From assembly GCA_964641135.1 (NCBI GenBank), contig CAZXJV010000003.1, positions 2,418-66,417 on the forward strand: a stretch of DNA of 64,000 nt. Reading direction: 5' to 3'. Both the position numbers and the translations under genes were made by a program. This DNA comes from an uncultured Treponema sp. (lineage in GTDB: Bacteria > Spirochaetota > Spirochaetia > Treponematales > Treponemataceae). This document shows, piece after piece, positions 29,105 to 38,286 of this stretch (the stretch's first letter is position 1; every line of letters begins with the position of its first letter). Below the pieces are notes generated by a model. It had not been told where the DNA came from and made no database searches. It worked only from the letters and a program-made list of their open reading frames with translations.

Positions 29105-29451
29105 ACGGTATACTAGCCGACCTGCTGGTTCTCTGACAAGCACCCGCCGGTTCCGGTGTCCTGGTAGTACAGGCTGTTCAATTGTGATATTCCACGCACA
29201 TGGATGCGTTAATTTCAACAGAAGTGCGGTATTCTGCACTGTTTTCTTCTATTTGCACTATTCATTCCAGGGTGAAATCTGTATACTGTCATCGTAGTCA
29301 ACGTAAGCAAGCGTTAAGCAACGAAGAAATCACCAGCCCGACGACCGGTCATGAATGGATACAATCCGCCTTCGTTCAGTAAACGCTTTTGGAACCGTGC
29401 TTGAACACCCTGACGGGCGTTCAAGCCACTGAACAGGAAAAGGAACATTCC

Positions 29452-31362
29452 ATGACCCAAAAAATCGCTGAAGCGAAAGAACTGTCTTTCGCCGATCTCG
29501 GTCTTGATGAAGTAATTCTCAAGGCCATCGAAGTCAAGGGCTTTACCGCCCCCACACCCATTCAGGTACTTGCCATTCCGCGTCTGCTGGACGGAGATGC
29601 CAATGTTATTGCCAAAGCCCGTACCGGGACCGGCAAAACTGCCGCTTTCGGACTGCCCCTGGTACAGGAACTCCGCTCGGATAACGGACACCCCCGCGCC
29701 CTTGTGCTTGTTCCCACCCGTGAACTGGCAATACAGGTTGCCACCGAAATAGAATCATTGCGAAGCGGTCAGTTTCCCCGAACTGTTACTGTATATGGCG
29801 GCGCTTCCATTGTGGATCAGCTGCGCAAACTGCGAAGCGGTGTAGAAGTTGTTGTCGGAACACCCGGCCGTGTAATAGATCACCTTGAACGCGGATCACT
29901 GGATCTGTCCAAGATTGAATACTTTATCCTTGATGAAGCCGATGAAATGCTCAATATGGGTTTTATTGATGATATAGAAGCCATTTTCGGAAAAGCAAAT
30001 CCTGATGCCCGTTCATTGATGTTTTCGGCCACCATGCCGCCTCAAATCCTGTCAATCGCTTCCAGTTTTCTGGGTGATTATGAAATCGTGGAAGAGGAAT
30101 CCCGGCCTGAAGAACCGATACTGACTGAACAGTATTGGTGGCAGGTACGCGAGGATGATAAAACAGAAGCACTGGTAAGGCTGATAGATTCGGCACAGGA
30201 TTTTTACGGATTGGTGTTTTGTCAAACAAAGGCGGACACCGATGCTGTGGCCCGCGAGCTGGATGAACGCCATTATCAGGCTGCAGCCCTGCATGGCGAT
30301 ATCGCACAAAGCCAGCGTGAAAAGATCCTTGGACGTTTCCGCAATAAAAAAACCCGCATACTGGTTGCTACTGATGTTGCAGCACGCGGTATTGATGTTG
30401 AAGGACTAACCCATGTTATCAATTATGCATTGCCCTTTGACGGTCCTACCTACACGCATCGCATCGGTCGCACAGGCCGGGCCGGTGCCAGCGGTATTGC
30501 GGTTACCTTTGTGCGGCCTGAAGAACGACGCCGGCTTGGCTATCTGCGCCATCATGCCCGCGGAGAGATAAAAGAAGGCAAGATTCCCTCTGTTGAAGAA
30601 GTTCTTACAATCAAACGCGAACGGCTTATGGAAACCACCCGTACCGCGGTTGCTTCATTTTTACCGGTAACAGACGGAGAAACCGTATCCAATGCTGCCG
30701 GAACAGTACCCCGGGAATTGACTGCCTTTGCTGCGGAGCTGGTAAAAGATCGTGACGCGGAGGCTGTCCTTGCTGCGGTTCTTGCGGTTGAATACGGCCG
30801 CGAGGTTTCTGCAGAACAGTATCGCGAGATTCGACAGATGCGCAGTAATGCTGCAGATCGTACCCATGTTCGTCTGTACATTGGACTGGGCCGCCGGGAT
30901 GGAATGACCCGTCGCGGAATTGCCCAGTTTTTCAGGGACCTGCTTGGCATTCCCGAACGTCTTGTTGACCGGATAGAAGTTATGGACGCTTTTTCGCTTG
31001 CCACACTTCCAGCAGATGCAGCGGTCGCTGCTCTTGATCTTTCAAAACAGCGGCGTAATGTACCTCATATGCATGTTGATGTTAAGGACGGCGGCGGGGA
31101 TTTTTCTTCCGGTCCACGGCCCGGACGGCCCCGCTTTTCACGCGGTCCGGAAGGCGGACGCGGATTTGAAGGCGGGCGCGGCCCGGGCGGTCATGGCCCC
31201 CGCGGCGACCGTGGCGGTTACGCCGGCCGTGGTGAACGACAGGACAGGGGCGGATACAAGGATCGCCCTGAACGGGCCGAGCGTTCCGAAGGCCGTCCGG
31301 TACGTACACGGGCCACAAAACCGGCCGGTGCAAAAGCCTATAAACAAAAATCGCAGGATTGA
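29452..31362 (+). CDS. DEAD-box ATP-dependent RNA helicase (DeaD/CsdA-like) with an RGG-rich C-terminal tail
   Basis: Q-motif FTAPTPIQ, AKARTGTGKT, DEAD, SAT and HRIGRTGRAG. A DbpA-like RNA-binding region is followed by Arg/Gly-rich repeats (GGRGFEGGRGPGGHGPRGDRGGY). Confidence 0.93.
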   Translation: MTQKIAEAKELSFADLGLDEVILKAIEVKGFTAPTPIQVLAIPRLLDGDANVIAKARTGTGKTAAFGLPLVQELRSDNGHPRALVLVPTRELAIQVATEIESLRSGQFPRTVTVYGGASIVDQLRKLRSGVEVVVGTPGRVIDHLERGSLDLSKIEYFILDEADEMLNMGFIDDIEAIFGKANPDARSLMFSATMPPQILSIASSFLGDYEIVEEESRPEEPILTEQYWWQVREDDKTEALVRLIDSAQDFYGLVFCQTKADTDAVARELDERHYQAAALHGDIAQSQREKILGRFRNKKTRILVATDVAARGIDVEGLTHVINYALPFDGPTYTHRIGRTGRAGASGIAVTFVRPEERRRLGYLRHHARGEIKEGKIPSVEEVLTIKRERLMETTRTAVASFLPVTDGETVSNAAGTVPRELTAFAAELVKDRDAEAVLAAVLAVEYGREVSAEQYREIRQMRSNAADRTHVRLYIGLGRRDGMTRRGIAQFFRDLLGIPERLVDRIEVMDAFSLATLPADAAVAALDLSKQRRNVPHMHVDVKDGGGDFSSGPRPGRPRFSRGPEGGRGFEGGRGPGGHGPRGDRGGYAGRGERQDRGGYKDRPERAERSEGRPVRTRATKPAGAKAYKQKSQD

Positions 31363-31368
31363 CAGACC

Positions 31369-31398
31369 GATGACAAAGGCGGTTCCGCCTTTGTCATC
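31369..31398. other. perfect 14-bp inverted repeat between convergent genes (possible bidirectional transcription stop)
   Basis: GATGACAAAGGCGG-TT-CCGCCTTTGTCATC. There is no U-run on either strand, so terminator function is uncertain. Confidence 0.4.
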
Positions 31399-31420
31399 AG
31401 ACAGTTCCCGGTAACAGCGG

Positions 31421-32299
31421 TTAACAATTAGTCTTGTATGAGTTCAGCCAGCGTTGCAGCGGGGTGATCCAGTAATCATCATTGCAACCTTCAAGAAAAA
31501 GCTGTTCATACATGTCTGCGATATGTTCCCGAATTGCTGCTGCCTTGCCTGTTTCGACTGACGGAGATTCAATAAACAGAGCATTGATAAAGGTTGTAAC
31601 CTCGGTTGGAGTAACGTCTGCCGGGGTTATCTGTGTCATTGCATACAGGGCTGCCGGTATACAGTTGACGCTATGCTGTTTGATATACAATACCGTTTCT
31701 GTAATTTGTACAGCACCTGCAAACAATTCCCGGTCAAGTGCCTGGCGTTCTGTTTCTGTTAATTCCAGTTCTTTCATTGTTTTTCGGAAAAAACTGTAGC
31801 ATAGTACAACGATTATAACGTGCAGACTTGGAACGCACAGATAATGCGGATCAAACAGATGGATAGTCAAAAATTTTCCGCGCCGGTATTTCGGACGGTC
31901 GGTTGTAGTCATTCTGTAACGGTACACCTCTGATGCATCGCGGTAACAGCGGTCAACCAATAGCAAAAAGTCAACGATGACCGGAATTGCAACACGGCGG
32001 CCGAATCGTCTGAGCACGTAACCGAGCGGACGTATCCAGAATGCAACAAAATCCAGATAGATATGAACCATTCCGGGAATAAAGGGAACGGCCTCATCCA
32101 GTTCATGGTCAACATGGATGATCGGAATTTTTTTGAATCCGAATTTGACAGCAAACTGTAAAAAGAAGAAATCGCGAAGCACAGTAATCACATACACCGC
32201 GAAAGGCTTAAACGCCTGAAAACTGGTCAGACAGGTAAAAAATACCGGCAGGATGTGATCTGTCCTGGTGGTCATATTGCGGTTCACTTTCTGTCTCAT
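31421..32299 (-). CDS. hypothetical integral membrane protein
   Basis: Several hydrophobic helices. The start overlaps the metH stop by 4 nt. CVPSLHV and KQHS faintly resemble PAP2-like motifs, but I cannot support that assignment. Confidence 0.55.
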   Translation of the reverse strand: MRQKVNRNMTTRTDHILPVFFTCLTSFQAFKPFAVYVITVLRDFFFLQFAVKFGFKKIPIIHVDHELDEAVPFIPGMVHIYLDFVAFWIRPLGYVLRRFGRRVAIPVIVDFLLLVDRCYRDASEVYRYRMTTTDRPKYRRGKFLTIHLFDPHYLCVPSLHVIIVVLCYSFFRKTMKELELTETERQALDRELFAGAVQITETVLYIKQHSVNCIPAALYAMTQITPADVTPTEVTTFINALFIESPSVETGKAAAIREHIADMYEQLFLEGCNDDYWITPLQRWLNSYKTNC

Positions 32300-34788
32300 T
32301 TTCCGAACACCTCTTTGGCAATACGCACTGATGCCATTGCATCAGCGGCATAATAGTCAGCTCCGATCCGGGAAGCGTAATCTTCGGTAAGAACCGCTCC
32401 TCCGACCATAACCGGACAGCTGATCCCTGCTTCCCGAAGGGCTTGTATGGTCTTCTCCATATTTGCCACAGTGGTGGTCATAAGCGCCGAAAGGCCTATT
32501 AACCCGGGTGTATCAGAGGCTGCCCGTTCAACAACCATCGAAACCGGAACGTCCTTGCCCAGGTCAATAACAGTATATCCGTAGTTTTCAAGCATTGCTT
32601 TTACAATGTTTTTGCCGATGTCGTGAATATCTCCTTCCACTGTTGCCATCAGAATAGTTCCCCTGCTTTGGCCTGCCTGGCCTGAAGCTGCAAGATGTTC
32701 ACGAATGACAGTAAAAGCTTTTGAAACAGTATCCGCACTGAGTAGCAGCTGCGGCAAAAACCTGCTGCCTGCTTCGTATTCTTTTCCGACAATATCAAGA
32801 GCGGGCACTATGCAGGTGTCAATTATTTCAAGCGGATTTAATCGCTGTAAAAGGATCTCCGCTGCGCATGCAGACCGGTCGCGCAGGCCTGAAATAATAA
32901 TTCCTGCAAGGTCATCCGCACCGGGTTCGCCGGTATGAGTTCCTGCGGAACCTGAGCCCGGTGCAGCGGCGGAACCCGGTGCGGCGGCAGACCCGGTGCT
33001 TGCTGTTGTTGCTGATTTTTGTGCATCAGGTACCGGGCGGCTGGAGTACCATGAAATGTATTCCATACAGTTTTCGTCTGTTGCCGTCAGGGCCCGCCAT
33101 GATCGAAGAACATCCATCATCGGTTCTGAAAGGGGATTGATAATACATGAATCAAGGCCGGCTGAAAGAGCTGCTGTCAAAAAAACGGGGCTTATTACAT
33201 CGCGACGCGGTAACCCGAACGATATATTGGATACTCCCAGTACGGTATGCACACCCAGCTGTTCTTTCACCATGCGGATAGCATGAACGGTTTCCATCGC
33301 CTCTTTTTGCTGTGAACTGACGGTCAGTGTCAGGGTGTCTATCAAAATATCCCGTCGCTTGATTCCATAGCTTTCTGCGGTTTCTACGATTTTTTTTGCT
33401 ATAGCAAGACGGCCCTGTGCTGTTGGCGGAATACCGTCTTCATCCAGCGTAAGGGCTACAATCACACCCCCGTAGCGTGCTATCAGGGGAAATACAGCCT
33501 TCATGACTGATGCTTTACCGTTGACAGAGTTGACAAGGGGTTTGCCGTTGTACACTCTGAGCGCCCGTTCAAGCACAACAGGTTCGCTGGAGTCAATCTG
33601 CAGAGGAACAGGCCATGTTTGCTGCAGAATTTTGACTGCTTCGCACATCAGGGCTGCCTCATCAATGCCCGGAAGTCCGACATTAACATCAAGGATATCC
33701 GCACCGTTCTGTATCTGGGCTGCTCCCTCGGAAAGAATATAATCCATGTTCCTGTTCAGCAGGGCTTCCTTGAGCTTTTTTTTGCCCGTAGGATTTATAC
33801 GCTCGCCGATGATGACCGGTTGTACTCCTATCTGAACAGTGTTTGACCAGGATGTAACCTCGGTGCGGGTATGCTGTACAGAATCCCTGGGAGTACTCGT
33901 GCGGCAGTGTTTGGTCATTGCCGCAATATGCTCCGGCCGGGTACCGCAACAGCCGCCGATTATTCCGGCTCCTGCTGATACACAGGCATCAAGGGTGTCA
34001 GCAAACTCCTGTGGTGATACCTTGAAAACTGTGCGGCCGTTTTCCATAACCGGAAGTCCGGCATTCGGTTCGGCGAAGACCGGTATACCTGCATACCCTG
34101 CAAATGCCGTGGTAAGGCGAATAGCCTGATCCAGATCGCCTCCACAGTTAAAACCGACTGCTGCAGCTCCCAGCGACTCTGCAAGGGCAGCTACAGTGCG
34201 GGGGTCTGCGCCGGAAAGGGTACGGTCATTCGGCTGAAAGGTAACGCTTGCAATTACCGGCAGACTGCAGTTTTCGCGCACTGCAAGAAGAGCTGCCTTC
34301 AGTTCGTACAGATCGCTGATTGTTTCAATCAGAACCAGATCTGCCAACGGGGCTCCGGCGCGAACCTGAACTGCATAGGCCTCAACAGCCTCTTCAAAGC
34401 TCAATGAGCCCATCGGTTCAAGGAGTTTTCCTGTTGGGCCCAGATCAAGGGCTACCAGGGCATGCGGAAAACCTTCTGTGGCCGACCGGGCTATCCGGCA
34501 TGCGGCGACAACGCATTCTGCAGGTTCAAGTCTGTGTTCCTGCAGTTTGGAAGGAAAGGCACCGAAGGTATTTGTTAAAATGACATCTGCACCTGCTTCC
34601 AGATAGGCACGGTGAACTGCGGCTATTACCGCCGGGCGCCTGATATTCAGCTCCTCGGGGATGGTCCACTCAAGGGGTTCGCAGGAGCCGTCAGGATTTA
34701 TCCCGCAACTGCGATATTCCTGAAGCAGAACTCCCATGCTGCCGTCAAAAAAAAGAGGACGACCGGAAGGCAGATTCTGGAGTTTCAT
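32296..34788 (-). CDS. metH: cobalamin-dependent methionine synthase, short form (Hcy-binding, pterin-binding and B12-binding domains; no AdoMet reactivation domain)
   Basis: The N-terminal homocysteine S-methyltransferase domain ends in GGCCGT. A pterin-binding barrel follows. The C-terminal DIHDIGKN is the DxHxxG B12 motif. At 830 aa it is too short to include the activation domain. Confidence 0.9.
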   Translation of the reverse strand: MKLQNLPSGRPLFFDGSMGVLLQEYRSCGINPDGSCEPLEWTIPEELNIRRPAVIAAVHRAYLEAGADVILTNTFGAFPSKLQEHRLEPAECVVAACRIARSATEGFPHALVALDLGPTGKLLEPMGSLSFEEAVEAYAVQVRAGAPLADLVLIETISDLYELKAALLAVRENCSLPVIASVTFQPNDRTLSGADPRTVAALAESLGAAAVGFNCGGDLDQAIRLTTAFAGYAGIPVFAEPNAGLPVMENGRTVFKVSPQEFADTLDACVSAGAGIIGGCCGTRPEHIAAMTKHCRTSTPRDSVQHTRTEVTSWSNTVQIGVQPVIIGERINPTGKKKLKEALLNRNMDYILSEGAAQIQNGADILDVNVGLPGIDEAALMCEAVKILQQTWPVPLQIDSSEPVVLERALRVYNGKPLVNSVNGKASVMKAVFPLIARYGGVIVALTLDEDGIPPTAQGRLAIAKKIVETAESYGIKRRDILIDTLTLTVSSQQKEAMETVHAIRMVKEQLGVHTVLGVSNISFGLPRRDVISPVFLTAALSAGLDSCIINPLSEPMMDVLRSWRALTATDENCMEYISWYSSRPVPDAQKSATTASTGSAAAPGSAAAPGSGSAGTHTGEPGADDLAGIIISGLRDRSACAAEILLQRLNPLEIIDTCIVPALDIVGKEYEAGSRFLPQLLLSADTVSKAFTVIREHLAASGQAGQSRGTILMATVEGDIHDIGKNIVKAMLENYGYTVIDLGKDVPVSMVVERAASDTPGLIGLSALMTTTVANMEKTIQALREAGISCPVMVGGAVLTEDYASRIGADYYAADAMASVRIAKEVFGK

Positions 34789-35663
34789 TGAGCCTCCCGG
34801 ATTATCTCGGAAATATTGGAGATTATCTTTTGAACAACATCGCTTTTATTCATTGCATAAATATGAACACCGCGAATACCGTTCGAAATCAGGTCGATAA
34901 TCTGTTCTGTGGCGTAGGCGATGCCGGCCTGTTTCATGGCAGCAGGATTATCGCCAAACCGGTCTACCAGGGCTAACAGTTGTGGCGGCATGTAGGCATT
35001 GGAAAGTTCCATCATGCGCTTGATCTGCGAGCCGTTTGTTACCGGCATTATCCCGGCAAAGACCGGAAGATTGATGCCCTTTGCCTGTGCACGGTACAAA
35101 AAACTGTACAGGATATTGTTGTCAAAAAACATCTGGGTTGTCAAAAAAGAACAACCGGCATCAACCTTCAGTTTTAGAAGCTCAAGATCCCGTTCCTTGT
35201 TGCCGCTTTCCGGATGGCCCTCCGGATAACAGGCCCCGCCGATGCAAAAACCGCCGGCGCTGGCGATTTCATGAACCAGATCAGTGGCGTGTTTATAGTC
35301 ACCGGGCGGTTCAAATGCAGGATCCTTGGGCCGGTCACCCCTCAGGGCAAGAACATTCTGAATACCCCGTTTTTTCAGTTCTGTGATGATTTCCAGAACC
35401 TCCGGGCGGGTTGAGGAAAGACAGGTCAAGTGTGCTATGGTCGGGATTCCGGCATGATCCTGCAAATGACTTGCTATGCGTGCTGTGTTTGCGGAGGTCC
35501 CGCCACCTGCCCCATAGGTAACACTCATAAAATCGGGTTTAAGGTCTGCCAGCTCCTGTGCGCAGGAGATCACACCTTCATATGCTGAATCCTGCTTGGG
35601 CGGGAAAATTTCAAAGGAAATTGTCAGTTTGCGCTCATCAAGTATTTCGCTGATCTTTTTCAT
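34785..35663 (-). CDS. metF: methylenetetrahydrofolate reductase
   Basis: ATG at 35663 gives MKKISEILDERKLTISFEIFPPK, and SVTYGAGG follows. ATGA overlap with metH. Confidence 0.9.
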   Translation of the reverse strand: MKKISEILDERKLTISFEIFPPKQDSAYEGVISCAQELADLKPDFMSVTYGAGGGTSANTARIASHLQDHAGIPTIAHLTCLSSTRPEVLEIITELKKRGIQNVLALRGDRPKDPAFEPPGDYKHATDLVHEIASAGGFCIGGACYPEGHPESGNKERDLELLKLKVDAGCSFLTTQMFFDNNILYSFLYRAQAKGINLPVFAGIMPVTNGSQIKRMMELSNAYMPPQLLALVDRFGDNPAAMKQAGIAYATEQIIDLISNGIRGVHIYAMNKSDVVQKIISNISEIIREAQ

Positions 35664-35833
35664 TTTGCAGTCCTTGTACTGAATGGTGTGCCTTAAAAAA
35701 CGGCAGGTATTCATCCGGTGATGTAAAAAGCAGTTTATCAGCCTGAAGGGGTTACGGCAATAGCGTTTTTTCCGGGAAGCAGGAGCAGCAGCAGATTGAG
35801 TTTCGTGTCATCCCGGGATATAGTACCGGTATC

Positions 35834-37264
35834 ATGAGTCTTAATTGTGCAGAAATAAACGCCGTTCTGGACGAGCTTGATCTGGAAGGCGCCTTTATTC
35901 AACAAATAGTCCAGTCCTCATACGACACCATCGCGTTCCATACCTGGAAGGCCGGAACTGCACGAACAGTTCTGGTGTGTCTGGCACCGGGTGTATGCCG
36001 CATCCATGAAACAGATCGTTCCGTACCAAAAAATGACAAACCATTGCGGTTTATGGAATTTTTGCGCTCCCGCATCAAAGGAAGTAAAATTACCTCCGTC
36101 AGACAGCTTGATTCGGACCGTATCATTCTGTGGGAACTTCTTCATGCCGGACAGGAATTCCGTATGTATATGCGGTTATGGAGCGGGGCGGCAAATATAG
36201 TTGTAACTGATACAGAAGATGCCATACTGGATGTGTTTTACCGCCGTCCGGCCCGAAATGAGGTTTCAGGCGGACGCTGGATTCGTCCTGAACCCCGCAA
36301 ACAGCCTGCAGAACAAGAATGCGCTGAACCCCGGGTGTGGACTGTCAGGGATCTTCCCGGTCAGGGTTCGTTCAATCGGCGTATTGATTCATGGTATGCC
36401 GAACATGCCGGTTCTTTATCCCGTGAAGCCCTGCTTGCTGAAGCCCGACGTCGTTGGGGGGATCGCATCAATCGATTGCAGACCTCCCTTCAGAAGCTGG
36501 AAGCAAAACGGCAGGATTTTTTGACTGCAGACCGGTACCGCCATCAGGGTGATCTGTTAATGGCCTATCTTTATCAGATCCCGCACGGAGCTCGTACGGT
36601 TGAGCTTCCTGATTATGATAACGGAGATTCCCCGCTTGTTATCAGCCTTGATCCGGAATTGAAGCCGCAGGAAAATGCCGCTCGTTATTATGAATTGTAC
36701 CGAAAGGCAGTCTCGGGACTAGCCAATCTTGAAAATGATATCGCATCAGGTCGTCGACAGCTGGAAACACTTGGTGCCGAACTGTCAGCCCTTGAACAGG
36801 AAACAAATCCCCTTGTTATACACAAGATGCTGCGCCGGCATGCAGTTCCGGTACAGCAGCGTGACAAGGACCGTGTCGGACTGACTTTTCATAGAGACGG
36901 CTGGGTAATACTGGTTGGAAGAAATTCGGCAGAAAACGACGAGTTGTTGCGCCGGCATGTGCGGGGAGCTGATATGTGGCTGCATACGCGTGACTGGCCT
37001 GGGGGCTATGTGTTCATCAAGGCCCGTCGCGGAAAGTCCATCCCCCTTGATATCCTTCTTGATGCCGGAAATCTTGCTCTTTTTTATTCAAAGGGGCGTC
37101 GGGCCGGTACTGCTGATTTATATTACACACATGTTAAATATCTGAGGCGTGCAAAGGGTGCACCCCGCGGTACTGTTTTACCTGCAATGGAAAAGAACCT
37201 GACTGTCACTCTCGATCAAGGCCGTCTGAAGAATTTGGAGCAGTCAGCTGTACATCGATTATAG
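35834..37264 (+). CDS. NFACT-family (RqcH / fibronectin-binding protein A-like) protein with a DUF814/NFACT-R domain
   Basis: The N-terminal NFACT-N-like segment is followed by a coiled coil. GWVILVGRNSAENDELL...GADMWLHTRDWPGGYVFIK is typical of NFACT-R. Confidence 0.8.
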   Translation: MSLNCAEINAVLDELDLEGAFIQQIVQSSYDTIAFHTWKAGTARTVLVCLAPGVCRIHETDRSVPKNDKPLRFMEFLRSRIKGSKITSVRQLDSDRIILWELLHAGQEFRMYMRLWSGAANIVVTDTEDAILDVFYRRPARNEVSGGRWIRPEPRKQPAEQECAEPRVWTVRDLPGQGSFNRRIDSWYAEHAGSLSREALLAEARRRWGDRINRLQTSLQKLEAKRQDFLTADRYRHQGDLLMAYLYQIPHGARTVELPDYDNGDSPLVISLDPELKPQENAARYYELYRKAVSGLANLENDIASGRRQLETLGAELSALEQETNPLVIHKMLRRHAVPVQQRDKDRVGLTFHRDGWVILVGRNSAENDELLRRHVRGADMWLHTRDWPGGYVFIKARRGKSIPLDILLDAGNLALFYSKGRRAGTADLYYTHVKYLRRAKGAPRGTVLPAMEKNLTVTLDQGRLKNLEQSAVHRL

Positions 37265-37356
37265 GACGCCTGCCCTGCAGGGCTGATGCTTTCAATGCTG
37301 CATGCCGGTGCCGGTATCTTTGTTTTGCATATCCGGGGTATGAAAATCAGCCGTAT

Positions 37357-38286
37357 ATGCAGTATAGTAGTGTTATGCGTTTGATCTTCGTGTGGTGCTT
37401 CGCTTTTTTTTTATGCATTAACGGTGTTGTTTTACAGCAGGGACTTCATGCCGGGGTACCTGAACGTGCCCAGGATAACGGCTGGCTGGTGCTGCGGGCT
37501 TTGATGAGTGCGTATCCCGGCGAAATTCAGGGTCTTGACTATGATTTTCAAATCCGCGACTGGTTCATTGTTATGGGCTCCCGCCGTCTGTACTGGGCTC
37601 ACGGACGTTTGTTACCGGTTGAAGATATAACGCACTGGGAACGATGGAGTCCGTTCATTGATTATTTATACCCGCCTGGTATCCCTGACCCTGAACACTT
37701 TGATGACGAACTGATCGCGCAGCTTGACCCGGATCTTTTGGCGAGGACACGGTCTGCCCGTTTGCCCCGGCATGGCTTGTTTATGGATATCCTGTATGAC
37801 GGTGCAACCAGAATTCGCGTAGAGGGACAGATTGTCAGGATAGACTGGCTGGGCAAACGCGTGTCTGTTCACCGGAAGATCATTGCTCCCTTGCGCAGGG
37901 TGGAACAGCGCATTCAGGATTCCGCGCGGCATGACCCGGAGACCCGTCAGTTTGTATCACAGATATTGAGTGTTGAAGGATATAACTGGCGGGAAATCGC
38001 AGACAGTCCTTCCCGCAGCTACCACAGCTGGGGCCTGGCTGTTGATATTCTGCCCCAGGGCTGGGGACAAAAGAATATTTACTGGAACTGGATCAGCTAC
38101 TGGAATGACCGGTGGATGCTCATTCCTCTTGACCGGCGCTGGACGCCTCCTGCTGCAGTAGTCAGCGCTTTTGAGGCCGAAGGTTTTATCTGGGGCGGTA
38201 AATGGCTTTTGTGGGACAACATGCACTTTGAATACCGGCCCGAGCTTATGCAGCTGCAGCGGTGGGGTCACACCGGTTACTGGTGA
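37357..38286 (+). CDS. M15-family metallopeptidase (VanY / D-Ala-D-Ala carboxypeptidase-like)
   Basis: Signal-like N-terminus. SYHSWGLAVDI and WGGKW...DNMHFEY are the zinc-ligand motifs of peptidase M15. Confidence 0.8.
   Translation: MQYSSVMRLIFVWCFAFFLCINGVVLQQGLHAGVPERAQDNGWLVLRALMSAYPGEIQGLDYDFQIRDWFIVMGSRRLYWAHGRLLPVEDITHWERWSPFIDYLYPPGIPDPEHFDDELIAQLDPDLLARTRSARLPRHGLFMDILYDGATRIRVEGQIVRIDWLGKRVSVHRKIIAPLRRVEQRIQDSARHDPETRQFVSQILSVEGYNWREIADSPSRSYHSWGLAVDILPQGWGQKNIYWNWISYWNDRWMLIPLDRRWTPPAAVVSAFEAEGFIWGGKWLLWDNMHFEYRPELMQLQRWGHTGYW

Noticed and set aside
32954-32999. Tandem ~15-18-bp DNA repeat, considered as a non-coding repeat element
   Set aside because: It lies in frame inside metH and encodes the Ala/Pro/Gly/Ser interdomain linker. 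It is coding low complexity, not an independent element.
35664-35833. Expected SAM or cobalamin riboswitch upstream of metF-metH
   Set aside because: I read the minus-strand leader and found no S-box (SAM-I) core, SAM-II-like pseudoknot signature or B12 box (GCCACTG-like). Only weak hairpins and a short CAG repeat are present. A covariance-model scan would be needed to be certain.
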